Origin: an uncultured bacterium
Lineage (GTDB): Bacteria > Patescibacteriota > Microgenomatia > Levybacterales > UBA12049
Length of the DNA stretch: 64,000 bases
Assembly: GCA_963826535.1 (NCBI GenBank)
Contig: CAWGXL010000010.1
Span: 362,814-426,813, forward strand
Direction of reading: 5' to 3'
In this document: one piece after another, positions 10,566 to 20,515 of the stretch
How positions within the stretch are numbered: position 1 is the first letter of the stretch
Layout of the letters: each line of letters begins with the position of its first letter
Translations under genes and position numbers: made by a program
Notes under the pieces: generated by a model
The model's input: the letters and a program-made list of their open reading frames with translations, nothing else
The model's database searches: none
Told to the model about the DNA's origin: nothing

Positions 10566-10829
10566 ATGAGTGAAAGGGTCAGGTCATATTTCGAACCAAT
10601 AGATAACATTCCTACAATAGCTCATGGCTATCCGGGAGTAAAAGTCGGTGTAGAATTTGATGGAAAAATAATGTATCATCGTAAAATTACCTCACATTTC
10701 GTAACGTTAGAGAGATTCGCGTATGTCCCCAAACCTTTATATCAGTTTAGAAAAGATCTCGCAAAAGAAAAGGCACGAACAATGTCAAGCAATTTGAAAG
10801 ATTATGCTTCTAACTCCAAAGAGAAATAA
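10566..10829 (+). CDS. Hypothetical protein
   Basis: 87-aa ORF with a TAAAAT -10-like box 7 nt upstream; no recognised motif. Confidence 0.5.
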   Translation: MSERVRSYFEPIDNIPTIAHGYPGVKVGVEFDGKIMYHRKITSHFVTLERFAYVPKPLYQFRKDLAKEKARTMSSNLKDYASNSKEK

Positions 10830-10925
10830 CACATTTAATGTGCATTCCATAAAGCGACTAAATCATTTGCACATATAATAAATAAAGCCCTATTTCAATT
10901 TTGAATTCTACTGTATAATATAGAA

Positions 10926-11942
10926 ATGAAACTCTTTGTAACAGGCGGTGCGGGCTTTATCGGATCCAATTTCATTCTTTACTGGATGAAAAAATATTCC
11001 CAGGATTACATTGTTAATTTTGATAAATTAACGTACGCAGGCAATTTAGAAAATCTCAAAGAAGTTGAAAAAAACCCAAATTATTCATTTATCCATGGCG
11101 ATATTTGTGACAACAAATTAGTAAATAATTCACTACAGGGAATAGACACCATTGTTCACTTCGCTGCCGAAAGCCATGTTGACAGATCCATTATGGATGC
11201 CTCGCCCTTTATCATGACCAACGTGCTGGGCACTCAGATACTTTTGGACGCTGCGCTGAAAAACAACATACAGCGTTTTCATCACATCTCAACCGATGAA
11301 GTATTTGGAGCTCTTGAATTAAATGATTCCCATAAGTTCAATGAGCAAACCACCTATAATCCCCGCAGCCCCTACGCGGCTAGCAAAGCCTCCTCAGACC
11401 ATTTAGTGCGGGCTTATCATGTGACTTACGGTTTACCCATAAGTATAACTAATTGCTCTAATAATTTTGGCCCTTACATGTTTCCAGAAAAATTTATCCC
11501 TTTATCTATTACAAATCTGTTAGAAAACAAGAAAATACCTGTTTATGGCGACGGCCAATACGTACGGGATTGGCTATATGTTGAAGACCATTGCCGGGCA
11601 ATTGATGTGGTTCTATCAAAAGGCAAAGTAGGAGAAACATATGTTGTAGGAGGGATGACTGAAGTTTATCCGAACATTGAAATTGCGAAAAAGATCATTA
11701 AACTTTTAGGGAAAGACGACACTTTTATAGAATTTGTAAAAGACCGGCCTGGACATGATAGAAAATATGATGTTGATTGGTCAAAAATTAAAAACGAGCT
11801 AGGTTGGCAGCCATTACATAATTTTGATGAGTGGTTGGTGAAAACTGTTGACTGGTATAAAGATAACAAAGAGTGGTGGCAGCATATTAAATCCGGAGTC
11901 TACAAAGAATATTATGCTAAACAATACGGAACTACTAAGTAA
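10926..11942 (+). CDS. rfbB: dTDP-glucose 4,6-dehydratase
   Basis: GGAGFIGSNF, DKLTYAGN, HFAAESHVDRSI, STDEVFG, PYAASKA, DRPGHDRKY. Confidence 0.96.
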   Translation: MKLFVTGGAGFIGSNFILYWMKKYSQDYIVNFDKLTYAGNLENLKEVEKNPNYSFIHGDICDNKLVNNSLQGIDTIVHFAAESHVDRSIMDASPFIMTNVLGTQILLDAALKNNIQRFHHISTDEVFGALELNDSHKFNEQTTYNPRSPYAASKASSDHLVRAYHVTYGLPISITNCSNNFGPYMFPEKFIPLSITNLLENKKIPVYGDGQYVRDWLYVEDHCRAIDVVLSKGKVGETYVVGGMTEVYPNIEIAKKIIKLLGKDDTFIEFVKDRPGHDRKYDVDWSKIKNELGWQPLHNFDEWLVKTVDWYKDNKEWWQHIKSGVYKEYYAKQYGTTK

Positions 11943-12823
11943 TGAATAGTCAAAAAATAAAAATACTCACAATTGGTGGCTCAGGTCTCGTCGGTTCCCG
12001 CGTCAACGAATTACTTTCAGTAAATAATATAATCGACAATTTCTCTACAAAATCCGGATTAGATATAACGCAGCCTAATTCCCTGGCAGTCATAGAGAAA
12101 GATAGGGAACACCAATATATTTTACTATATGCTGCTAAAACTGATGTTGATGCTTGTGAAAAAGACAAGGAATTAGGAGAGAGAGGAGAGGCATATAAAA
12201 TGAACGTTACAGGTGTTCAAAATGTTATAAATGCCGCTAAATCATCCAACAAAAAAATCATTTATATCTCAACTGATTTTGTATTTAATGGACTTAATAC
12301 ACCAGAAATAGGATATAACGAAGAAGACAAGCCCCATCCTATCAACTGGTATGGACAAACCAAATATTTAGGTGAAGAAGCAATTCGCGCCTCCGGATTG
12401 CCTTTCCTCATTATCCGTATAGCATATCCCTACCGAAAAGAATTTGCCGGGAAAAAAGATTTTACTCGTGCATTGCTTTCCCGCTTGCAAAACAATCTGA
12501 CAATCACTGCAGTTACCGACCATATTATGAACCCGACCTTTATCGATGACATTGCCGGCGCAATAGAAGTGCTCATCACACAAGATAAAGAAGGCGTGTT
12601 CCATGTTACAGGTAGTCAGAGTCTAAGTCCGTACGAGGCTGTTATTCAGATCGCGCAGGAATTTGGACTTGATAAATCTCTTATCTCACCAACCACTCGT
12701 GAAGTATTTTTCAAAGACCGAGCACCGCGCCCCTTTAATTTAAAGATGAATAATGATAAAATACGCAGATTAGGTATAAAGTTGAGATCGTTTAATGAAG
12801 GACTTAAATTTCTTAAGTCTTAA
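11942..12823 (+). CDS. rfbD: dTDP-4-dehydrorhamnose reductase
   Basis: GGSGLVG, AAKTDVDACE, ISTDFVF, YGQTK, APRP. Confidence 0.9.
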   Translation: MNSQKIKILTIGGSGLVGSRVNELLSVNNIIDNFSTKSGLDITQPNSLAVIEKDREHQYILLYAAKTDVDACEKDKELGERGEAYKMNVTGVQNVINAAKSSNKKIIYISTDFVFNGLNTPEIGYNEEDKPHPINWYGQTKYLGEEAIRASGLPFLIIRIAYPYRKEFAGKKDFTRALLSRLQNNLTITAVTDHIMNPTFIDDIAGAIEVLITQDKEGVFHVTGSQSLSPYEAVIQIAQEFGLDKSLISPTTREVFFKDRAPRPFNLKMNNDKIRRLGIKLRSFNEGLKFLKS

Positions 12824-12832
12824 ATCTAATAT

Positions 12833-14155
12833 ATGACCATCACATTCATCGGACACGGATATGTAGGATTAGTTTCGGCTACGGTTTTCGCGGATTTAGG
12901 AAATAAAGTCTGGGTTATAGGACATACCCCAAAAAAAATTGAAAATTTAAAAAAAGGTATTATCCCGATTTATGAACCCGGATTGCAGGAATTGGTAAAA
13001 CGCAATATCGATGCAAAACGACTCTTATTTACACTAGATTATAAACCGGCAATTTCACAATCTGAAGTAATTTTTATAGCTGTCGGTACTCCGTCCGCCG
13101 ATAATGGGGAAGCAGATCTATCGGAAATATATAATGTTGCAGGCAAAATCGGACAACATCTGGATAAATACGCTGTTGTTATAACCAAAAGTACAGTACC
13201 GGTCGGAACCAACGAAAAAGTGAGACAGATTATTAAAAAAGTAAAAAGCAAAAACATTGAATTTGATATAGCTTCAGTCCCTGAATTTTTACGCGAAGGA
13301 CAAGCAATTTCTGATACATTATCACCGGATAGAATCGTTATAGGTACAGATTCAAAAAAAGCAGAGAAAATCTTAATAGACCTACATAGACCGCTTGTAA
13401 CCAAAGAAGAAAAAATTGATCGCCGGCTAATTCTTACTGATATCAAATCATCTGAGTTGATTAAATATGCATCCAATGCTCTTCTTGCGACAAAAATATC
13501 CTTTGCCAATGCTATTGCCCAATTATCTGAGAGGGTTGGTGCAGATGGTTTAAAAGTATTACAAGCTGTAGGCCACGACAAAAGAATAGGTTCATCTTTT
13601 CTCAATCCCGGAGCTGGTTATGGAGGAAGTTGTTTCCCCAAAGATGTAAAAGCCCTTATCGCAATTGCAGCTAACCACGGATATGATTTTAATTTACTTA
13701 AAAGTGTTCAAAAAATCAATCAAGACGCTATGCTAAAAGTAGTATCCAAAGCAAAACAACTTTTAAATGATAATCTTAAAGATCAAACAATTGCAGTTCT
13801 TGGATTATCATTCAAACCCGACACAGATGATATGCGCGATGCGCCATCTATTACAATTATTCCTGAGTTGTTACGCCTTGGCGCGAAAATCAAGACTTAC
13901 GACCCAATTGCTATGGAAAATGCCAAAAAAATATTTGCAAATGAAAAAAACATCCAATTCCCGGATGATTTATATACGACAACTAAAAACGCGGATTTAC
14001 TCATAATTTTAACCGAGTGGAATGAATTTCAGCAACTCGATTTAAAAAAAGTAAAAACACTCATGAAAAAAGCAAACATAATTGACGGAAGAAACATCTA
14101 TGACCCAACTATTGTTAAAAAATTAGGATTTAATTATATTGGTGTTGGTAGATGA
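12833..14155 (+). CDS. ugd: UDP-glucose 6-dehydrogenase
   Basis: GHGYVGL, KSTVPVGT, PEFLREG, GYGGSCFPKD, FKPDTDDMRDAPS. Confidence 0.95.
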   Translation: MTITFIGHGYVGLVSATVFADLGNKVWVIGHTPKKIENLKKGIIPIYEPGLQELVKRNIDAKRLLFTLDYKPAISQSEVIFIAVGTPSADNGEADLSEIYNVAGKIGQHLDKYAVVITKSTVPVGTNEKVRQIIKKVKSKNIEFDIASVPEFLREGQAISDTLSPDRIVIGTDSKKAEKILIDLHRPLVTKEEKIDRRLILTDIKSSELIKYASNALLATKISFANAIAQLSERVGADGLKVLQAVGHDKRIGSSFLNPGAGYGGSCFPKDVKALIAIAANHGYDFNLLKSVQKINQDAMLKVVSKAKQLLNDNLKDQTIAVLGLSFKPDTDDMRDAPSITIIPELLRLGAKIKTYDPIAMENAKKIFANEKNIQFPDDLYTTTKNADLLIILTEWNEFQQLDLKKVKTLMKKANIIDGRNIYDPTIVKKLGFNYIGVGR

Positions 14156-14277
14156 CCCTCCTTCGTTAAAACTACGGACGGGTCATGCCTCCGAAGCTTT
14201 ATGCAAAATAATACAGAGTATGAAAAAATAACAAAATTTCTATTTATAGTTAAATTTGGAAAGGCAAGCGAAGGGGC

Positions 14278-15234
14278 ATGAAAAAAATATTAATTACAGG
14301 AGCTTCTGGATTCGCGGGAGGCTACTTAAGCGAATATCTAAATGCTCAGAACAAGTTCGATATTTATGGAACGTATCATCAGGAAAAAAGCTTAGATCAA
14401 TCTCCGGTTAAAGAAAAAATACAATTTAAGAAAATAGATTTACTTGATTTTCCGAGTGTATTAAATTTAATAAATGAGATAAAGCCTGACTTACTTTTTC
14501 ATCTGGCAGGCGCAGCATCCCCCGCAAAAAGCTTTACTGATCCTACTGGTACATTCGCTGCTAATGTTAATTCGCAAATTAATATCCTTGAAGCAGTGAC
14601 TAAAAATAAATTACTTAAATCAAGAATACTAATAATCTCTTCAGCTGAAGTTTATGGTCAGGTATCACCAACAGAACTTCCAATTGATGAAGATACGCCA
14701 CTCCGCCCTTCAAGTCCTTATGCTGTTTCGAAACTTGCTCAGGATTTTTTAGGTTTACAATATCACCTCTCTTATAAATTACAGTGTATACGAGTCCGTC
14801 CATTTAATCATATCGGTCCCCGACAAAGTACCAAATTTGTCGTAGCGGATTTCTCCAAACAAATCGCAGAAATTGAAAAAGGGGTGAAAGAACCAATTAT
14901 ATTTGTCGGTAATTTAGAAGCCAAAAGAGATTTTACGGATGTTCGTGACATGGTCAAAGCATATTGTATGGTGCAAGAACTAGGGACTCCGGGGGAAGTA
15001 TATAATATTGGGTCTGGAATCTCCCATAGCGCGAATGAGATACTGAATATCCTCTTAAGATTGACAAAGTCCAAAATCTCGATCAAAGTCGATCCTCAAA
15101 AATTAAGACCCAGTGATACACCTGATATAAAATGTAACAATAAAAAACTTACAAACCTGACAGGCTGGCAACCAATCATTCCCTTAGAACAAACACTACA
15201 AGACACTCTGGACTATTGGCGTAATATTGTATAG
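14278..15234 (+). CDS. GDP-6-deoxy-D-mannose reductase-like SDR (Rmd family)
   Basis: TGASGFAG, SSAEVYG, PYAVSK, RPFNHIGPRQ, VGNLEAKRDFTDVRD; adjacent to gmd. Confidence 0.8.
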   Translation: MKKILITGASGFAGGYLSEYLNAQNKFDIYGTYHQEKSLDQSPVKEKIQFKKIDLLDFPSVLNLINEIKPDLLFHLAGAASPAKSFTDPTGTFAANVNSQINILEAVTKNKLLKSRILIISSAEVYGQVSPTELPIDEDTPLRPSSPYAVSKLAQDFLGLQYHLSYKLQCIRVRPFNHIGPRQSTKFVVADFSKQIAEIEKGVKEPIIFVGNLEAKRDFTDVRDMVKAYCMVQELGTPGEVYNIGSGISHSANEILNILLRLTKSKISIKVDPQKLRPSDTPDIKCNNKKLTNLTGWQPIIPLEQTLQDTLDYWRNIV

Positions 15235-15287
15235 AATAAAAGTCATAATTTATTAAATATTAGTAATCAATTTTTAATTATCAACCT

Positions 15288-16259
15288 ATGAAACGTGCAC
15301 TTATTACTGGGATTACCGGACAAGACGGCCCATATCTTGCAGAGTTCCTGCTTTCAAAAGGATACAAAGTCTACGGCACGGTTCGCCGCCTTAGCACTCC
15401 AAATCTTGAAAATATTCAGCATATTCGTGAACAAGTAGAGCTGCTTTCCGCCGATCTGCTTGACACATCCTCCTTAACCGAAGCAATTGTTGAGTCCGAA
15501 CCTGATGAAGTTTATAACCTTGCGGCTATGTCTTTTGTAAAAGCCTCCTTTGAGCAGCCGGTTTTAACCGGAGAATTTACAGCTCTGGGTGTAACTCGGC
15601 TTTTAGAGGCAATTCGCTCGGTAAACAAAAAGATAAAATTTTACCAGGCATCCAGTTCGGAAATGTTTGGTAAAGTGACAGAAGCCCCACAAAAAGAAAC
15701 TACAAGATTTCACCCACGAAGCCCCTATGGTGTCGCAAAAGTATACGGCCACTACATTACAGTTAATTATCGTGAAAGCTATGACATGTTTGCTTGCTCG
15801 GGAATATTATTCAATCACGAATCACCGCGCCGGGGAATTGAATTCGTTACCAGAAAAATAAGTAATAGTGTTGCCAGAATTCGTTTGCACAAGCAGGAAA
15901 AATTAATCCTTGGTGACTTATCGCCCAAGCGCGATTGGGGATATGCCGGCGATTATGTAGAAGCAATGTGGCTTATGCTCCAGCAAAAAAAACCGGATGA
16001 TTACGTCGTCGGAACAGGTAAAAATCACAGTGTTAAAGAGTTTATAGAATTAGCGTTTAAATACGTCGGTATTACCGATTGGCAAAATTATGTCATTTCC
16101 AACCACCCAAAACACATGCGCCCCGCCGAAGTAGACAATCTCATCGCCGATTACAGCAAGGCAAAAAAAGTCCTAGGCTGGAAACCAAAAACCACATTCA
16201 AAGAACTTGTAGAAATGATGGTAAAATCCGACCTCGACCGCGAAAAGCAACGAAAATAA
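15288..16259 (+). CDS. gmd: GDP-mannose 4,6-dehydratase
   Basis: ITGITGQDG, YQASSSEMFG, PRSPYGVAK, GILFNHESPRRG, RDWG. Confidence 0.96.
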   Translation: MKRALITGITGQDGPYLAEFLLSKGYKVYGTVRRLSTPNLENIQHIREQVELLSADLLDTSSLTEAIVESEPDEVYNLAAMSFVKASFEQPVLTGEFTALGVTRLLEAIRSVNKKIKFYQASSSEMFGKVTEAPQKETTRFHPRSPYGVAKVYGHYITVNYRESYDMFACSGILFNHESPRRGIEFVTRKISNSVARIRLHKQEKLILGDLSPKRDWGYAGDYVEAMWLMLQQKKPDDYVVGTGKNHSVKEFIELAFKYVGITDWQNYVISNHPKHMRPAEVDNLIADYSKAKKVLGWKPKTTFKELVEMMVKSDLDREKQRK

Positions 16260-16268
16260 AATTTAGCG

Positions 16269-16306
16269 AATTAATATTGACAATTCAATTAAATCTGCTA
16301 AACTCA
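16269..16306 (+). promoter_or_regulatory. Duplicated promoter, copy 1 (TTGACA-16-TAAACT)
   Basis: 36/38 nt identical to 16660-16697; sits upstream of ORF 16320. Confidence 0.65.
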
Positions 16307-16319
16307 TTCAATACAATTT

Positions 16320-16619
16320 ATGAAAGAACTACCCATCACTGGAGCTATATTAGCACTTGCTTTAACATCTGGATGTAACTATGAACAAGAGGTTCAAATT
16401 AATGATGTACTTGGTCCAAGTCTAAAAAAACTACTAAAAGAAGAGTGTCGATCAGTAACTATATACCAACAAGATGCTGATAATATAGGCGTAACGTTAG
16501 AATGTGCGGGCAAAGATAATAATCTGAAATATCTTTCCTGTCATGAATTCAATTTAACTCTTGATTGCACTACAGATAAGTTTACATTACCTCATAAATC
16601 GCAGAAATTTCTCCTCTGA
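16320..16619 (+). CDS. Small Cys-containing putative lipoprotein
   Basis: Hydrophobic stretch ending in lipobox-like LTSG-C; shares a domain with the 16806 ORF. Confidence 0.6.
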   Translation: MKELPITGAILALALTSGCNYEQEVQINDVLGPSLKKLLKEECRSVTIYQQDADNIGVTLECAGKDNNLKYLSCHEFNLTLDCTTDKFTLPHKSQKFLL

Positions 16620-16659
16620 ACTTTGTTGCTATAATGGACTCCTCCGGGAAATAACCTCA

Positions 16660-16697
16660 AATTAATATTGACAATGCAATTAAATATGCTAAACTCA
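16660..16697 (+). promoter_or_regulatory. Duplicated promoter, copy 2
   Basis: AATTAATATTGACAATGCAATTAAATATGCTAAACTCA, near-identical to 16269-16306. Confidence 0.65.
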
Positions 16698-16733
16698 CTT
16701 TACAATATTCTATAGAACTCAAAGTCAAAAATT

Positions 16734-17093
16734 ATGTGAGAGATTTTCCAAAACCCAACTTTTAGAAGAGCATTTACTGGATTTACACTTGCTTCTTCAT
16801 TAGTAATGAGTGAGCATGCCTTAAGTCAGGAGCAAGCTAAGTCACAACCTCAAAGAAACAGGCTTATGCAGACACAAGAAGCTCCAGCACTACCTGAAAA
16901 TGCACTAGAAAAATCTAAAGCTCTCATTACTGGCACGGTTGTACACAAATTAATAAAAGATGGATGTAAATCTATACTTATCACACCAGAAAATGAAAAT
17001 TTACAACTTACCATAGAATGCGCTTCACGAGACGACATTCCGAAAGATGTTCCACCGGCGCCTAGACCGTCTGAGACTAGAAAAGACTTCTAA
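16734..17093 (+). pseudogene. Paralog of the 16320 ORF; probable TGA nonsense at codon 2 (residual ORF 16806-17093)
   Basis: ATG(16734)-TGA is in frame with 16806 and is followed by a signal-peptide-like 'EIFQNPTFRRAFTGFTLASSLV'; C-terminal 'LIKDGCKSILI...LTIECASRD' matches 'LLKEECRSVTI...VTLECAGKD'. Confidence 0.5.
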
Positions 17094-17128
17094 AATACAC
17101 TCTCTTATATGCTATATTATAAGTAAGG

Positions 17129-18112
17129 ATGATTCATGATTTTGCCGCCGATTATTACTACGCGGAACAACGAAAATCCAAAAAAACAATATTTCTACGA
17201 ATTTTAGTCTTATTCTTAATAATAGGACTTGTATATATTTCTATTAATAAAATATGGACACCCAAACCTGAAAAAAAGGTCGTCGCTGGTACAACAACAC
17301 AATTAATTAGTCCAACTCTGACCCAAATGATACAAGAGGATAAAGGATTAAGCCAGGTAGTACAAAATGCTCTATTTGGTACAAAAGGAAGCTATGGCAT
17401 AGTTATATTAAATTTAAAAACAAATGAATATTTTCTTCAAAATGAACACACTTCTTATAAAGCTGCAAGTTTATATAAATTATGGACTATGGCAACTGTT
17501 TTAGATCAGATTAATAATGGCAAACTGAACGAAAAGGATGTACTAAGCGAAAATATAGATGTATTATATGAAAAATTTCATCTGGCTTCTCCTTCTGCAA
17601 ATAAAAATATAACACTTTCTATAAATGATGCTTTGGAGAAAATGATAACTATCTCCGACAACCCCGCTGCTCTCTTGCTTTCAGCAAAAGTTAAACTATC
17701 AAATATCACGCAACTACTAAACAATAATGGTTTAATTGGTTCTAAACTAGGCACAGGAAGCGAATATCCAGTCACTACACCGCATGATATTGCCATCTTT
17801 CTTAAGAATTTATATGACGGAACTCTTGTAAACAAAGTAAATAGCGAAAAAATGTTGGCTGTTCTAAAACGCCAAAGATTGAATTCCAAGATCCCCAAAT
17901 ATTTACCTGACGAGTTAGTTATTGCTCATAAAACCGGTGAACTGGATGAATCTACTCATGATGCCGGTATTGTTTATACTCCACAAGGAGATTATATTAT
18001 TGTAGTTTTGTCCAAAAGTAATGCTGAATCACGTTTTTTAGCCGAGGAAAGAATAGCTAACTTATCCCTTGATGTATACAATTATTTTACCAAAAATACT
18101 AGTAACCTTTGA
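17129..18112 (+). CDS. Membrane-anchored serine hydrolase, class A beta-lactamase-like fold
   Basis: SxxK (ASLYK), SDN, HKTG, HDAGIV; N-terminal TM. Confidence 0.85.
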   Translation: MIHDFAADYYYAEQRKSKKTIFLRILVLFLIIGLVYISINKIWTPKPEKKVVAGTTTQLISPTLTQMIQEDKGLSQVVQNALFGTKGSYGIVILNLKTNEYFLQNEHTSYKAASLYKLWTMATVLDQINNGKLNEKDVLSENIDVLYEKFHLASPSANKNITLSINDALEKMITISDNPAALLLSAKVKLSNITQLLNNNGLIGSKLGTGSEYPVTTPHDIAIFLKNLYDGTLVNKVNSEKMLAVLKRQRLNSKIPKYLPDELVIAHKTGELDESTHDAGIVYTPQGDYIIVVLSKSNAESRFLAEERIANLSLDVYNYFTKNTSNL

Positions 18113-18327
18113 AAAGTTTACTTATATGTGAGAGCCTAATATTTTATTGCGCCAGGAATTCTTGAAGCTTTCCGATTCTTTTGGAAATAAGTTGCACTAT
18201 AAATAAATTTTTCATAAACTCATGTCCGCTTTTGGAGAGAAAGGCTAATTAAAACCTATAACGCAACTTTAACTATTTAAAACTCCTCTATTTAAAAGTA
18301 GGCTGAATTTTAGTATCATTGTAAAGT

Positions 18328-19290
18328 ATGCCAAAAGCACTTATCGCAGGCGGAGCCGGATTTATCGGTAGCCATCTCTCTAATAATCTAATTAAAAATG
18401 GATATACTGTATATTGTTTAGACAATTTAATTACGGGTAGTAAAACAAATATAATTAGCCTGCAAGACAATCCTAATTTTATGTTTTTCAACCACGATAT
18501 TACAACCGCACTAACGCCGATCTCAGAGCGTTTAGATGATGTTGATTATATCTTTCATCTTGCCTCACCTGCATCACCAAATAAGAATAGTGAAAAAAGC
18601 TATATAAACTTACCAATTGAAACAATGCTGGCCAATTCACTCGGTACATACAATCTTCTGATGCTTGCCAAAGCTAAAAACGCAAAGTTTCTTTTTGCAT
18701 CTACATCTGAAATATATGGCAATCCGGCAGTTTCCCCCCAACCGGAAAGCTATTTCGGTAATGTCAATCCCAATGGTATCCGGTCAGTTTATGACGAGGC
18801 AAAAAGATTCGGAGAAGCTTTAACATTTGCATTCATACGTAAATATAATCTCGACGCAAGAATAATTAGAATATTCAATACCTACGGACCTAAAATGCAA
18901 AAAGACGATGGTCGTGTAATTTCTAATTTCATCAATCAAGCCTTAGAAAGAATTCCTCTTACCATATTTGGTGACGGTACCCAAACTAGAAGCTTTTGTT
19001 ACATAGAGGATATGATTGATGGAATATTATCTGCAATGTGGACATTAAACACAAAAGGAGAAATAATAAATCTTGGAAATCCTGACGAGCGAACTATCAA
19101 AGAAATTGCTGCCATAACAAAAGAGTTAATTGGTAGCACTTCTCAAATAATAAATGAACAGCCCTCACCCGAAGACCCCCAAAGGCGAAAGCCTGACATA
19201 GACAAAGCTAAAAAGTTATTAAAATGGGAACCAAAGATTTCCCTTGAGGATGGATTAAAAAAAACAATAGAGTATTTTAGAAACATATGA
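18328..19290 (+). CDS. UDP-glucuronate decarboxylase (UXS-like) SDR
   Basis: GGAGFIGSHL, HLASPASP, ASTSEIYG, GNVNPNGIRSVYDEAKR, RIFNTYGP, DDGRVISNF. Confidence 0.88.
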   Translation: MPKALIAGGAGFIGSHLSNNLIKNGYTVYCLDNLITGSKTNIISLQDNPNFMFFNHDITTALTPISERLDDVDYIFHLASPASPNKNSEKSYINLPIETMLANSLGTYNLLMLAKAKNAKFLFASTSEIYGNPAVSPQPESYFGNVNPNGIRSVYDEAKRFGEALTFAFIRKYNLDARIIRIFNTYGPKMQKDDGRVISNFINQALERIPLTIFGDGTQTRSFCYIEDMIDGILSAMWTLNTKGEIINLGNPDERTIKEIAAITKELIGSTSQIINEQPSPEDPQRRKPDIDKAKKLLKWEPKISLEDGLKKTIEYFRNI

Positions 19291-20513
19291 AAATTGTAGT
19301 AATTCTCCCAACTTTTAACGAGCGGGAAAATATCAAAAAACTCATTCCTATTTTAGAAGAAAAAATATTTCCCAATATCAAAAAGCATGATATGAATATC
19401 CTAATAGTCGATGATAAATCACCTGACGGAACAGAGGAAGAAATAAATGAAATAATGAAAAAATGGAAGAATATTAGTCTTAACAGCGGAGTAAAACAAG
19501 GCCTTGGGGCAGCATATGTACGTGGCATGACTTATGCTATTGATAAAATGAACGCAGATGTAATTTTTGAAATGGACGCAGATTTACAACATGATCCAAC
19601 AAAAATACCTGATTTTCTTAAAAAAATCGACGAGGGTTATGATATGGTCATTGGCACAAGGTACAGTGAAGGTGGTTCGATACCAAAAAACTGGCCTCCG
19701 CTAAGAAAAGCATTTTCAATTATTGCCAATATTTTTGTTAGAACAGTTTTTTTGAATTTTTCTATTCACGACTGGACCGGAGGATATAGAGCGCTTAAAA
19801 AAGAAGTTTTTCTAAAAGAAAAAAATGAATTACAGCAATACAGCGGCTATATTTTTCAGATATCTTTTTTACATAAAGCCATAAGAGATAAATTTAAAAT
19901 AGGTGAAGTACCTTTTCATTTTTCAGACCGTGAACAAGGACGAACGAAGATTGCACCTTTAGGGTACATTATGGAAGTAGTTAAATTTGTTATTTTGACA
20001 AGGATAAATCAATATAAACGTTTTATCAAATTTCTTTTTGTTGGAGGAACCGGCTTTATTGTGCAAGTAGTTACACAAGAAGCAACCATACATTTAGGCA
20101 TTACAATTTTTCTCACAAATATTTTATCTAACTATAATTTAGTAAGTGACATAACATCAGTTTCGCATTCAATTGGTGCCGCATTTGGTGCGGAAGCCGC
20201 AATAATTTCCAATTTTCTCTTCAACAATTTTTGGACTTTTGACGATACCAGAAAATTAAAGGAAAAATCTAGATTTATTGTTAGAGCTATAACATTCAAT
20301 TTCGCTTCGCTTGGATCTATTTTCATTCAAGCTCTGGTAGTTTTCATTGCCGAAAAGTCACTTGGTGAGTATACATACCTTTTTTCTCAACAACTTCCTA
20401 CCAGATTGCTTGTCATAATTCCGACTATTTTAATATTTGTTATTCCTTTAAATTATTTTATTTATAATTTTGTAATCTGGAAAACTCATCATCTCAAAAA
20501 TAAAAAGGATTAA
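19287..20513 (+). CDS. Polyprenol-phosphate glycosyltransferase (GT2, DPM1-like) fused to a GtrA-like domain
   Basis: LPTFNERENI, VDDKSPDGT, MDADLQHDP; C-terminal 'FIKFLFVGG...SNFLFNNFWTF'. Confidence 0.88.
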   Translation: MKIVVILPTFNERENIKKLIPILEEKIFPNIKKHDMNILIVDDKSPDGTEEEINEIMKKWKNISLNSGVKQGLGAAYVRGMTYAIDKMNADVIFEMDADLQHDPTKIPDFLKKIDEGYDMVIGTRYSEGGSIPKNWPPLRKAFSIIANIFVRTVFLNFSIHDWTGGYRALKKEVFLKEKNELQQYSGYIFQISFLHKAIRDKFKIGEVPFHFSDREQGRTKIAPLGYIMEVVKFVILTRINQYKRFIKFLFVGGTGFIVQVVTQEATIHLGITIFLTNILSNYNLVSDITSVSHSIGAAFGAEAAIISNFLFNNFWTFDDTRKLKEKSRFIVRAITFNFASLGSIFIQALVVFIAEKSLGEYTYLFSQQLPTRLLVIIPTILIFVIPLNYFIYNFVIWKTHHLKNKKD

Positions 20514-20515
20514 TT

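Noticed and set aside
16734-16739. TGA recoding (genetic code 25 or selenocysteine)
   Set aside because: TGA ends recognisable genes here (e.g. ugd at 14155, tsaB at 8006) and long conserved ORFs are not interrupted by TGA, so a single ATG-TGA is better read as a nonsense mutation.
17129-18112. Bona fide antibiotic-resistance beta-lactamase
   Set aside because: Has SxxK, SDN and KTG but no recognisable ExxLN omega-loop motif, and is membrane-anchored; a cell-wall serine hydrolase is more likely.
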